Positions 38,472 to 51,433 of a DNA stretch of 64,000 nt are shown here, piece by piece. The position numbers and the translations under genes are program-made. The notes under the pieces are model-generated. The model was not told the origin of the DNA and made no database searches. It saw only the letters and a list, made by a program, of their open reading frames with translations. The stretch is taken from positions 11,367,074 through 11,431,073 of the forward strand of contig NC_068982.1 in NCBI RefSeq assembly GCF_001194135.2. Direction: 5' to 3'. Source of the DNA: Octopus bimaculoides (Eukaryota). The first letter of the stretch is position 1. Each line of letters begins with the position of its first letter.

Positions 38472-38868
38472 GTTGGGGCCTAGTATTTATCTCACTTAAG
38501 AACAGATGAATTAGATGGCAGATGTTCTTATTCATAAAACAGGCAGATAAGCAGACAATTAAACTTGAAAAGTTAATGAAATGTTCTGCTTCTGTTGAGA
38601 TATGATGGGATTAGATGGGTGATCATAAATTAAGGAGGAGATTTTGATGCACACTGGTCATTATAGTTTTTGAAATTATCAACTACTTTTGACTAAGAAG
38701 AATGAGTACTTTTTAAATGCTTATAATCTATAGGAATTTCCATGAGGGTGAAATTATAGGCAATATCATGAAATAAGTGGTCGTACTTTATAATGCAAAT
38801 AATTTGAAATTCTGTAGCCTGAAGTGGCTGTAACATGGGAGATGCCTGTACTAAATGTTAAAATAATA

Positions 38869-39032
38869 TAGGTGCAGGAGTGGCTGTGTGGTGAGAAGCT
38901 TGCTTCCCAACCACATAGTTCCGGGTTCAGTCCCACTGCATGGCACTTTAGGCAAGTATCTTCTACTATAGCCTTGGGCCAACCAAGGCCTTGTGAGTGG
39001 ATTTGGCAGACGGAAACTGAAAGAATTCTGTC

Positions 39033-39086
<54 letters not shown>

Positions 39087-39299
39087 GTATGTATTTGTGT
39101 GTCTGTGTTTGTCCTGCCACCATCGCTTGACAACTGATGCTGGTGTGTTTACGTCACCGTAGCTTAGCAGTTCAGCAAAAGAGACTGACAGAATAAGTAC
39201 TAAGCTTACAAAAAATAAGTCCTGGGGTTGATTTGTTCGACTAAAGGTGGTGCTCCAGCATGGCCGCAGTCAAATGACTGAAACAAGTAAAAGAGTAAT
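38869..39299 (+). mobile_element. SINE family A, full-length reference-like copy
   Basis: Pol III-like A box tggctgtgtgg and B box ggttcagtccc, core ggcaagtatcttctactatagcc..ttgtgagtggatttgg, internal (TA)n(TATG)n, tail gaaacaagtaaaagagtaa. Confidence 0.9.
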
Positions 39300-39357
39300 A
39301 AATATAAATGCAGTGGGTTAGAATTCATGAAAATAAGGAAGAACATTCTCAGAAATA

Positions 39358-39560
39358 TATTGGTTTCCAATTTTAGCACAAGGCCAGCAATTTCGAGGGA
39401 GGGCAAAAGTCAATTACATCAACCCCGGAACTCAACTGATACTATTTTATCAATCCTGGAACGATGAAAGGCAAAGTCAATCATGGCAGAGCTCAGAGAT
39501 AGAAGAAATGTTGCTAAGCATTTTGCTCAGCACAATAACGATTCCACCAGCTTGTCGCCT
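39358..39560 (-). mobile_element. SINE family B
   Basis: Reverse complement of the 27120-27325 unit. Confidence 0.75.
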
Positions 39561-42359
39561 TATTTTCTCAGAAATATGTTGAATAGTGGGGTTGTGGAAG
39601 AAAAGGAATGGTGGCACAGGCAAATAAGCTTAGATGATAATTACTAAGATGTAATAAAAAAATATTTTACATTCCTCATTTATAATGAAAGATGTTTAGG
39701 TAATTACCATGAGTGTTTTATTGAAAAATAGAGTCGTTTTGCATTAATGTAACAGAATGTATTTAACAGACAGAATTAATTCTTGGCAAAAATACTATCA
39801 GATTCTGTAACATGACTGACAGAATGAAAGATATCAACACACAAATTTAACAGGCATGGCTGCATGTGTGTGATTAAGAAGTTTGTTTTGTGACCATGCG
39901 GCCTTGGATTCAGTCTCTCTGCATGACACATTAAGAAATATTTTCTACCATAATCCTGGATTGACCAATGCTTTGTGAGTGAGTCTGGTGAACAGAAACT
40001 GTACAGAAGCCCATTGTATGAAATATATATATGTGGTGGTGGTGGTGGTGGCAGTGGTGGCATCTTTGTTTGTCTCTCACATCTTGACAGTTGATGTTGG
40101 TTTATTTACATCTTTGTGAATAAGTGATTTGGCAAAAAGTGCTCAACTGAGTATGTAGCAGACTCTTGGAATAAGTACTGAGGTCAATTTAATCGACTAA
40201 ACCCTTTAAGGCAGTGCCGGGGAACAGTTGCAGTCCAATGACTGAAACTGGTAAAAGAGTAAAGCTACAGATTAATTTTTCAGAAACATCCAGCTGAAGC
40301 ATGAGTAAAATCCAAAAATGCCCACCCATCACCAACCCCACAAAATAATCAACATTAATACATGCACACACACACACACACACATGTATATTGTGACATT
40401 TATTACTATATTTAATATAAAGAATTTATAGATTTAATATATATGCCCAAATATCCTTAACATATCTTTATTAATTCAAAATCAAATTAATTTGTATGAA
40501 GCACATTAAAAGTTTTGTTTTAAAATACATTTAACTTTTCATTTATTTCTAAAATGTGCTATTTATGTTTAATAAAATCTTGTGAAAAGGTTCATAAAAG
40601 TCAACTTTATTAAAAATCAGTTGAATACATTTTTCAACATTTAATATCTTCTTGATATGCACGTGAGAAAAGTGATGTTTCTCCACAGAAATACTTGGCT
40701 AACTACCTAAGAATGATTAAATATATAATGATTAAATATATTGCTACTACTGTCAAGAAAAAGAAAAAAAAAAAAACATTGCTTGTCTTTTAACTGCACA
40801 ATTTTACATTTTACACACTTTCTTATAATAATAAAAATGTTACCATGATAATAAATACCAAGGAAAAAAAAAAGAAGAAGCATTTGTGAAACTATTTACT
40901 GATAATATATAGATTTATATATATTTACAAGTAAATACATTACAGAGATGTAATATGTTTGCTATTAGGACAATTTATTCAGTTTTTAAATTATAACAGT
41001 TTTACAATGATCTGGGAAGACAGCTATTTACTTTGGAGAATATCTATGATACATCTACTTTTATGAAAAAGATATCTTTTATAAAATGAAGATTAATGAA
41101 TTTGTTTTTGATCCTTGTTAAAGAGTAAAAAAAATATTTTTCTCATTGTGAACTCTACTGTGCAAAAATTCATAAATTCATTAACTTGTGTTTTTAAAAT
41201 ATGTTTACTAAAATTCTTCAACAAAAGGTATATATTCACTTTTTTTTAATTTTTAACTAAATTTTTACTTTAAAATCACAAAAATATTAAAAGGAAAATA
41301 TTTGTGATACCATACAGCTCAAAATACTAGACAATATTTTTTTACAAATAGATCAGTAGATATTTTGAATAAAATTCTCCAAAACACAGTTTCAGCACGA
41401 AACATAGGAAATTTTTGTAAGCAAAGAAAAAAATTAGTAAATTGCTTTCAAAATATTTATTTATAGGACAGATTCTTAAAGCATTATAAAATTGACTGCT
41501 GCCTGTTCAAATTATCACATTCTTTGCAATTTCTGCATGTAATAACAATAATTTTTTTTTCTTTTTGTATCCTTAATATATATTTTGACTTCCTGTTTTT
41601 TATGTAATTGATTTTGTTTCAGTGTTTTTCTTTTTAATTTATCATCATACATTCATCATATTTTTATGGCGTTAGGTGACAGTAGACACATTAACTAAAA
41701 ATTGTAAAACAAAATATATTATTGTTAACAAATTTTGTTTATGACACAAAATGTATAATAGTTAGAATACCATCTGCTACTTAACTATCTTTCTTTTCTA
41801 ATTGATACAGTTCTTGTAGTAACAGTAATTGTTGACTGGTCTACAATGAAAAATATTCTTATGCAAAAGTAAGGAAGTACTGGTTTCTTTGTAATAAATT
41901 TTCCCTTCTTTTATTGATTATAGCTATTTGGCTATGACCATGCTAGGGCACTAAAATAGTTTTTAAAAGGCTAAACATTTGAAATTATTTTTCGAGATCT
42001 AGTAAAATTGTTTTTAATGGCTTTAAACATATGTGTCTAACATTTAACTGCAGATATCTTCTTAAGAAATCTGAAGTTAAATGTATTTGAAAAATTAAAC
42101 TAATTTGTGAAAAGCATTTTTTTAAAATCATTTTTGCAGTTATTATTTCTTATTAAAATACAAAACTGATTTCTGCTAAAGAAATCAACCCTGATCCATC
42201 ATTGCAACTTATTTTGTTAGTATTGGAGGTCAAAACCAAGGTCAGTATTTATAGGATACAAAATTTCAGTACAAATCTAGTTAAATGAAAAACAATTGAA
42301 AGTTTAACATAAATAATGATAAATACAGATTATTTTTCACTCGATAAAATTAAAATTTC

Positions 42360-42690
42360 ATGGTTGCCTGCCCAGGCTTCACTGCTTGTCAAACAAAGAA
42401 GGGCAAAATATCAATATATTAGCCACTCTGACAGATTTGTGGTCAAGCCTGTGGCAGTGGAGATCTCTGGTATTCTTGGTCCCTGGACTATATCTCTGCT
42501 CACTGCTATCCGGGCAAAGATGGCTGTCTGCAAGTGCAAGCCCTGTGAGTTAGAGTGGTTGTTCCAGCATATCTCTCTCACCTTCCTCTGGGGCAATACC
42601 TTTTCCACTTTGTCTGCAAGGACCATGAGGCAGATTGACAAGCCTCTTTAGTCATAGCTGCTGTATCTCTCTCTCAAAAAAAAAAAAAAA
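42360..42690 (+). mobile_element. 5'-truncated non-LTR retrotransposon fragment, restriction-like endonuclease C-terminus (CRE-clade-like), with poly(A) tail
   Basis: Translation ...KQRRAKYQYISHSDRFVVKPVAVEISGILGP...ELEWLFQHISLTFLWGNTFSTL matches the K..KY...PVAVET.G..GP...FQR.S.A..RGNA pattern I recall for CRE-type elements; A16 run at about 42676-42690. Confidence 0.7.
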
Positions 42691-44221
42691 GGAAGTTAAC
42701 TGAGATGTAATGTAACTGGAAAATGGTTGTTCACTTAACTTGGCTGATGGTTCTTATTCTACTGACTTTAGATAGAAAAAATGTGAAGTACGTAGTAAAC
42801 AGATTTTTAATCTAGATGAGGGCAGCGTCAAATACAGCATTTTAGAGAGTTAGCCATTTTCGCAACTCTGCTGCAGATGAATATTTAAAATAGATGGATA
42901 AATAAACAAAACAAAAGAATAAGCTTTAATTAATGTATCTCATTAGAAAATACAATAATCTTGTGTCATAAGTCAATCTATTTGAACAATTTTATGGCAA
43001 ACAAACCAAAGTAATGCTGTTGTTTTTTATTCTGACCCAGTCTACAACTGCTGTTACCACGAAAAAGTATATTAATCAGGAAAATAAAATAATTGATTAG
43101 CGGATGGGATTCATCACTACCTTGATTTATGTTACAAACCAATAGTCTGCTCCAATATTGATTGATAAAAATAAAATGAAAATAAAATCAAACTGCATTT
43201 TTTTTTTTCATTATAATTCTATTGATGTAGCTGAAAACTATAAAACAATGTTTCTAAACTTTATATATTTAGAATAAATGAAAACATTTCAAAAGTAATT
43301 TAAAATTTTAAAAAACAAGCATAAAAATCTACAAATTAAAATTTGGTTGAAAAAAGAGAAATTCTTTTATAGTTGAAAACATAATCCTGCTTTTATTCAT
43401 TTGAGAAAAGAACAAGGAATATTATGAAACCCGATAGATGCTTCTGACTAAGAGCTAAAATAAAATGAAATAAAATGACTTGCACAACGGTCTGTAGCAA
43501 TAATTTCTGTTTTCAGATTAAAAACTAATTAGATACCTACATTGTTGAGATCACCTTTGGTTTTATGGTACAAAACCTTTTGTCTGAAAGGGTTTGCATT
43601 TCAGTGAAAGCATTCCATCATAATTATATGGAAAAATCTTTTCTTATCTAACAAGCAATAATAAAATTTTTAATAATTTTAAAAGTAATATATCAGAAGA
43701 AATTAATATTTCTATTACAACTTTGCTGTGAGAGTGAGTTGATTGGAACTGCAGCCTTCAGTGTCTTATAATGTTTATTTTACACTCCATGTTCAAAATC
43801 GGCCAAAGTTGAAATTACCTTTCTTATCAATTGCCAAATGCTTTTAAATTTAAAGCAGTGAGATCATGCACACCCACATGGCACTTTTATATGTGAGGTT
43901 ACATGGACCCTTGAGAGCCAAAGTCTTGATCAATGGCACATTGTAGACTCTTCTGCAGAGTGAAAATAGCAAATAGATACAATAGTAGGTTGCCTGTTCA
44001 TAGATTCATGATTGTTAATCTGCTACAAACATTTAATTTTTTTTATTTATTGTTTTTAGAAAGTTAGCTTTATATTACTCTGATCTAGTCTTCCAAATAT
44101 TGGGAATAGGCACCATGTTAACAAGAAATATTATCTGCAACAGACTCAATTTATCCAGGGGTGGGAGAAGATTTATTTCTAATTTGCTTCCCATCATGAA
44201 ACCACAAGTTTTTAACAATAT

Positions 44222-44445
44222 CTTAGATTTATTCAGATTACTCTATCCAATGTAATGCTTATTCGTTCATTTTGTTTTAAATTAATCCTGCATTAACTTG
44301 TAGCTTTGAGATTTTGATTGTGTGATTGGATATTTTTAGAATGACATTATAGTGTAGGGGTGAGAGACAGGATTTGGCTGGTTTGAACATAAAACAGGTG
44401 GAATATTTAGGCTGGCCATGGCCAGTTTAAATGCTAAAGGGTTAA
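44222..44445 (-). mobile_element. piggyBac-like MITE family 1
   Basis: Reverse orientation; ends aatgctaaaggg|ttaa. Confidence 0.75.
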
Positions 44446-45012
44446 AAGGCATTTACACTGTAGACAGATAAATATATCAGGTGTATACAAATGTTCAGCA
44501 TGAGTAGAAAGGCCCAAACTTTTGACAATCTGGCCAATCAATCAATATCCCCTTTAATTTGATCAACTGTAAATTCAAGCAGGAAAAAAAGTAACATGAA
44601 CAATAAACACAGCATTGCTATATATAACAAGATTAGTTCCAAATATGCACAAACACACGTGCATACATATGCATGCATTTTATAGGCCATAGGATATGAG
44701 CTATTTATGTGTTTATTTCCAGGATTTTGTGTAATAATGTGGGAACAATTTAATTCTTATCTGATAATTTGAAAAGTTGCAAATTAGCTTCAAATTTTGG
44801 CCCAAGGCCAGCAATTTTGGGGAAGGGAGTAAATCAATTACATTGACCTCAGTATTCAAATGGTTCATATTTTATTGACCTTGAAATGGTGAAAGGTTAA
44901 AATCCACCTCAGCAATATTTGAACTTAGAATGTAAAAACACATTGATTTTTCAAAAAACAAAGATTTTGTATTATTTCTGGCTTTACACATTTTAGTAGA
45001 AAAGTCAATACA

Positions 45013-46033
45013 TTTAGCCAATCAGTATCATCCATGATGACCCTGATAAGGTAATTGACCAATCACAGTTGCTGCATTATGTGATTGAGGACCAAGATGT
45101 CGTTTGCAGATAACATACTCTAGGAGAAAGCTGTCCAGTCTTTGAAAAAATGTTTGTGCTATGCATGTCATTCCTATGAGAAAAAACAATTTTGTTGCAT
45201 TTAATAATGACTGCTGGAAACAATTTGTTGATTTCGTAGCAGATTGTGACAGAAATTTGATTGTAAACAACCAACACCACCACTAACTTATGTACACCAA
45301 CCACTATTACCATCACAACAGCCACCACCAATCAAGGGAACCTTTGTATGGTTATTCAATCTGTTTGAAAATGCAGTCAAATCTCCCTAAAATCTCATTC
45401 AACTATTTTAAATATTGATTTATTGGAATGTAGGTATTGATAATAGAGAAAAATAAAATGATCACAACAGGAATTTCTGCTTGACCGGGACTAGTCTGGA
45501 ACTAAACAACAACATGAGCAACATATACATCACATTTAGCAATATAACCTCTATAATTATTCTAGAATCTGTTAATTTTAGAACATGGTGTATATTATTT
45601 ATATATTTCCTTTAAACTTTCATAATGAAAATGTCACAAATAGATTTATGTTATTGTAATTATACAAATCATACTCATTGCAAGCTGGAGTGATGATTTT
45701 TCTGGTGGCTGTGTTGTAAGATCATTCCAAAAATTAATTCCCATCACAGTTTTCATGATAGCTTTGTTCTCTTTGCAATTGAATTTCAGGCACTTTTTGT
45801 GAAACCAACAGAGTGTTTGGAGCTGTCATTATTAAAAGCAATAAAATTGTCTTTTGTTAAAGAAACGACATGCACTACACAAGAATTTGATGAAAATTGG
45901 ATAGCTTTCTCTCAGGATGTGTTATCTGCAGATAACATCTCGGTCTTTGACTACATAATATGGCAATTGTGATTGGTCAATTGTTTTATTGGAGGTCATC
46001 ATAGCCCTGTGATATTGCTGCTGATTGGTTAAA
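45013..46033. mobile_element. Old element with long inverted arms (45013-45235 and 45801-46033)
   Basis: The arms align in reverse complement (aattgaccaatcaca.ttg, gcagataaca, gagaaagct.tcca, tttaataatgac.gct) at roughly 70 percent identity by eye. Confidence 0.65.
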
Positions 46034-46659
46034 GGTAAAAAAAAACTTGAAATAATAGGAATTCTGTTTTTAACCAATTAATGTGTAACTTTATTGGTTG
46101 GTATAATCAGCTTTGAAATATCTCTCTTTTATCTTTTACTTGTTTCAGTCATTGGACAATGGTCATGCTGGAGCAGTTCCTTGAAGGATTTATGTTGGAT
46201 GAATCAAACCAAGTACTTAATTTTTTTAATCCCAGTACTTATTCTATTGCTCTCTAGCCAAACTGCTAAGTTTCAGGGAGATAAACAAATCAGATTGGTT
46301 GTTAAGCAGTGATGGAAACAAACACAAACATGGAGACATCACACATGGATTTATATATATACATATATATATATATACATATATATATATATNNNNNNNN
46401 NNNNNNNNNNNNNNNNNNNNNNNNNNNNNNNNNNNNNNNNNNNNNNNNNNNNNNNNNNNNNNNNNNNNNNNNNNNNNNNNNNNNNNNNNNNNNNNNNNNN
46501 NNNNNNNNNNNNNNNNNNNNNNNNNATATATCCACACATACAAGTCATCAACTTACAACCTATCCGACTTTAGAATGGTTGGCACACCAGTACCCAGCAG
46601 CAATAATAAATATACTTATTCTATTGATCTATTTTGCCGAACTGCTAAGTTACACAGAT

Positions 46660-47040
46660 GTAACTTCAGGCCTTCCTCAATTTGCTTTGCTTATGTCTTC
46701 GGTGCTCTGTGCTGGATTAACTAACCAGTACATGGATCACTGCCGCCACAAATGTTGGTGTGGTAGTCTTCCAGCGCTCATCCTGCAAACATGACCCAAA
46801 TCACTGTAGCCTGTACTGCTGGACTTGGTCTTCAAAGTTGGCTGCTACTGGTATTGTCCTGACATGTCGTTTGAGATTCTGTGGCATAGAGAGACACCAA
46901 GGATGAGACGAAGCTACTGCACTTGGAACAACTATTTTATAAGCCAAATTCCATATCAGCCGAACTTGATTTGAGCAGCAAGTGAGCTCAAAACATCGTG
47001 ACACTGGACTATATTCTAAAAAAGCATCATCGAGTCAGCT
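46660..47040 (-). mobile_element. Decayed RTE-type LINE ORF2 C-terminal fragment
   Basis: The minus strand reads QQYRLQ*FG/HVCRMSAGRLPHQHLW with a stop and a frameshift, matching the RL.W.GHV.RM...RLP motif of RTE-clade elements. Confidence 0.55.
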
Positions 47041-47517
47041 TCTTATAGCTTGCTTCAAATCCAAATGATGTAATTAAATAGTTGGAAAATGTTCCTTTTA
47101 AACCATAGCAACAGAATATTTTAGCAATATAACTATAAATAATTAGATGTATAGAAAAATGTCAGCAAACAATCTATCATATTGGAAGAACATTTAGCTC
47201 TATAGTCAATTGACCTTTCTTAGATGACTCACTTTGTCAGCAAACAGAAAAATAATAATTCATAAACAACTATTTTTCAAGTAAAACTGATAAAGAAAAA
47301 AAAAACAATGAATCAAACCAAAAGAAATATTAATTATTTCTATTCAAGATATATTGCTTGAAATAGTAACTAACTTAAATGTACATGAAAAATTAAATAA
47401 AAAATCTGAAAATCTCTACTACATTGTAATATAACATGTTACATTGGATAACACTGTTTAATATGAAGTTAAACTAGAATACATTATTTTAGGTTTGTAA
47501 GTGAATAGGTGCAAGCA

Positions 47518-47744
47518 TGGCTGTGTGGTAAGCAATTTGTTTCCTGATTCCTAGTTTTTGCATTCAGTCCCACTGCATGGCCCCTTGGGGAAATGCCTTT
47601 TACTATAACACTAGGCCAACCAAATCCTTGCACATGGATTTGGTCAGCCTGAGGCTATATTAGAAGACACTTACCCAAAGTGCCATGCAGTGGGACTGAA
47701 CCCGGAACCATGTGGTTGGTAAGCAAGCTTCTTACCACACAGCC
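47518..47744. repeat. Two SINE A 5' halves fused in inverted orientation (hairpin)
   Basis: ggctgtgtggtaag...ggccaaccaaatcc-ttgcacat-ggatttggtcagcc...cttaccacacagcc. Confidence 0.8.
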
Positions 47745-48043
47745 AAATTTGGTTTGTCATTGATTAAATATTTCATATTTTGGATCTGTAAGTTCTTTTA
47801 CTTGTATCAGTTTTTAGACTGTGGCCATGCTGGACCACCACCTTGAAGAATTTTAATCAAACAAATCAACCTCAGGACTTATTCCTTGTAAGCCTAGTAC
47901 TTATTCTATTGGTGTCTTTTGCCAAACTGCTAAGTTATGGGGATTTAAACACATGAACAACGGTTGCCAAGTGATGGTGGGTGGGGGGGGACAAACACAA
48001 ATACACAAATACATACATACATATATACATACATACATACATG

Positions 48044-48111
<68 letters not shown>

Positions 48112-48124
48112 GGGAGAATTCACA

Positions 48125-48500
48125 AAAAAACAAAAGACGAAGACAGGTGGTGTAGGAAACAAACAGGTGTATTAGTATAATGCTCAGGAATTGAAAAAGT
48201 CTTTAACATTTCGAGCCTACGCTCTTCCACAGAAAAGAACATAGAAAGAAACAAGGAGAGAAACATCATCATCATCGTTTAACGTCCGCTTTCCATGCTA
48301 GCATGGGTTGGACGATTTGACTGAGGACTGGTGAAACCGGATGGCAACACCAGGCTCCAATCTAATTTGGCAGAGTTTCTACAGCTGGATGCCCTTCCTA
48401 ACGCCAACCACTCAGAGAGTGTAGTGGGTGCTATTACGTGTCACCCGCACGAAGGCCAGTCAGAGAAAAATAATGTGTGTAGTGGTTAGCGATCTATCAT
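48125..48500 (-). mobile_element. Penelope-like terminal fragment interrupted by a young (CAT)n element
   Basis: The minus strand contains gaagagcgtaggctcgaaatgt, resembling the gaag...cgaaacg terminal motif of Penelope-like elements (from memory). Confidence 0.35.
48264..48461 (-). mobile_element. (ATG)n-tailed retroposon, young copy with 7-bp TSD AGAGAAA
   Basis: agagaaa at 48257-48263 and 48462-48468; about three differences from the 7345 copy over the shared about 185 bp. Confidence 0.85.
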
Positions 48501-48696
48501 GATCGTACTGGTTGCACATAAAAGCACCCATTATACTCTCAGAGTAGTTGGTGTCAGGAAGTGCATCCAGCAGTAGAAAACCATGCCAAATCAGACTGGA
48601 GTCTGGTGCAGTCTTCCAGCGTGCCAGCCCAGTCAAACCGTCCAACCCATGCCAGCATGGACAACGGACGTTAAATGATGACGATGATGATGATGA
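48500..48696 (+). mobile_element. (ATG)n-tailed retroposon, older subfamily
   Basis: ...gtcaaaccgtccaacccatgccagcatggacaacggacgttaaatgatgacgatgatg. Confidence 0.8.
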
Positions 48697-48794
48697 AGTA
48701 ATAAACCAAGGACAGGAATTCCTTCAAATGGGTGTGTAAAACATCCAATTCATAACAAATAAATTATTTGATTGTCAATTGAATCTCTCTAATT

Positions 48795-48835
<41 letters not shown>

Positions 48836-49674
48836 GCTTCTTTCAGTTTCTGTCTGCCAAATCCACTCACAAGGCTATAGTAGAAGACACTTTCTCATGA
48901 TGCCACACTGCGTGACTGAACCTAGAACCATGTGGTTGGGAAGCAAGTTTCTTACCACACATGTCCCCATAACGAAGCAGTTCAGCAAAAGAGACTGATA
49001 GAGTAAGTATCAAGCTTTAAAAAAAAATTATTATCATGGTCGATTCATTGGACTGAAATTCTTCAGGGCAGTGCCCCAGCATGGCCTCAGACTAGTGACT
49101 GAAACAAGTAAAAGATAGAAGATAAAATATATCCATAAGAAAATAAACAACTTCCTTGTTCTTTTCCCCAGTCAAGATCTACAAAATATAATTTATAAGC
49201 TGGTGCCTACCTCACACAATCAACAAACAAAACATAAGCATGAAAATAATAAAGAATACTTTCTTATCTTCTTGGGTCTGTCAGGAGCCTTACAGGCTCA
49301 TTAAACTGGAGCCTATCCCACTTTCTATGGCTTATCAGTTACCTAGTGTACAATGCACCCCATCCCCTACTCTGAATGGGAGGTCAACTTGTCACATGGT
49401 TAACTCTGTTGCTGCCACCCATTTTCAGCAGAGGGAACTACAGCAATGTGACTGACATGAAGTTTTTTGTTCAAAAACAAAACTTGCCCACCCAGCTTAA
49501 GAATCAAACTTTTGACCATGTGAGATCATCAATCCTATACATACTCACCATTAAGCTACATACCTTCACATAATAGACAGCATGCAATGAATAAATTACT
49601 CATGCATAGATATACATACAAATAAAAAAGAAAGAAAGAACTATTAAAAAATAATGACTATTAGCATGAAAGTA

Positions 49675-50392
49675 GCTATGTGGGTAATAAGCTTGGTTCT
49701 CAACCACATGGTTCCTGGTTCAGTCCCACTGCATGGCACCTTGAGCAAGTGTCTTCTACTATAGCCTTGGGCAGACCAAAGCCTTGTGAGTGGATTTGGC
49801 AGATGGAAACTGAAAGAAGCCCATCGTATATATATATATATATATATATATNNNNNNNNNNNNNNNNNNNNNNNNNNNNNNNNNNNNNNNNNNNNNNNNN
49901 NNNNNNNNNNNNNNNNNNNNNNNNNNNNNNNNNNNNNNNNNNNNNNNNNNNNNNNNNNNNNNNNNNNNNNNNNNNNNNNNNNNNNNNNNNNNNNNNNNNN
50001 NNNNNNNNNNNNNNNNNNNNNNNNNNNNNNNNNNNNNNNNNNNNNNNNNNNNNNNNNNNNNNNNNNNNNNNNNNNNTATATATATATGTATATATATATA
50101 TGTATACATATATTTATGTGTGTGTGTCTTTATGTGTATATTTGTATGTGTCTGTGTCTTTATGTGTGTGTGTCTGTATGTGTGTGTGTGGGGGGTGTCC
50201 CTGCCCCCACCGTCGCTTGACAACCGATGCTGGTGTGTTTATGTTCCTGAAACTTAGTGGTTCGACAAAAGAGACTGATAGAACAAGTTCTAGGCTTACA
50301 AAGAGTAAGTCTCTGGGTTGATTTCTTCAACTAAAGACGGTGCTCCAGCATGGCCACAGTCAAATGACTGAAACACGTAAAAGAGATAAAAA
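49675..50392 (+). mobile_element. SINE family A spanning an N-gap
   Basis: Head, core, microsatellite, gap and 3' end in order. Confidence 0.9.
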
Positions 50393-50977
50393 GAGAATTG
50401 GAATAATTTCAAAAGTGCAAGAAATATCATCGGTCAGATTTCACATTTATAATCAAGTGTAGCAAGTGGACTACAACACTACCAGCAGCTTGTAACAGAT
50501 GATAATACTGACTGATGGAGGTGAAGCTGAAGAGGATTTTAATAAATGTAATAAGAATCTTTTATGACAGAGAACATTGACAAGGTAGCTTTTATCATTG
50601 ATAATTTTATGTAATGCAAATAGAGACCTCCAGAGGTTGAATGACATTTAGAAAATTAGTACAGCTACTACTCACACACTAAAAAACACTAAATCAGAAG
50701 AGATATACTAAGAACTGTGTTATCATAAAATCTATTAAGAGAACTTGATCAATGTTACAAGTGGAGATAAAAATAGTAAACGGTCTAATGTTTTGGAAGA
50801 AGTTCATAGTTGCTTCACTGTTGCTTCGTAGCATTGTTGTTGTCTTAAGAAGCTTGTTTCCCAACCACAAGGTTCTGAGTTCAGTTCCACTTCGTGGCAC
50901 CTTGGATAAATATCTTCTACTAAAGCCCCTAGCTAACTAAAGCCTTGTAAGCAGATTTGGTAGACAGAAACTGAAAG

Positions 50978-51020
<43 letters not shown>

Positions 51021-51029
51021 GGGATATTC

Positions 51030-51316
51030 AGCTCACAATTGTAAGGTCATAATTTCAATTCCCAGCGATGCATTGTCCTTGAGCAAGACACTTTATTTTC
51101 ATGTTGCTCCAGTCCACTCAGCTGGCCAAAATGAGCAGTTCCTGTATTTCAAAGGGCCAGCCTTGTCGCACTCTATGTCACGCTGAATTTCCTTGAGAAC
51201 TGCGATAAGGATATACATGTCCATGGAGCGCTCAGCCACTTGCAGGTTAATTTCACAAGCGAGCTAAGCCGTTGATTGTATCAGTTGGGACCCTCATCAT
51301 CGTAACCAACAGAGTG
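51030..51316 (+). mobile_element. SINE family C
   Basis: ttgtccttgagcaagacact...gttgctccagtccactcagctgg...aaagggccagccttgtc; followed by a (CAT)n tract. Confidence 0.75.
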
Positions 51317-51325
51317 CACTTATAC

Positions 51326-51362
<37 letters not shown>

Positions 51363-51433
51363 GTCATCATCATCATCATCATCATCATCGTCATCATCAT
51401 CATCATCATCATCGTCATCATCATCATCATCAT
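51326..51433. repeat. (CAT)n trinucleotide repeat with periodic CGT interruptions
   Basis: Direct inspection; ends at a 10-N gap. Confidence 0.95.
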
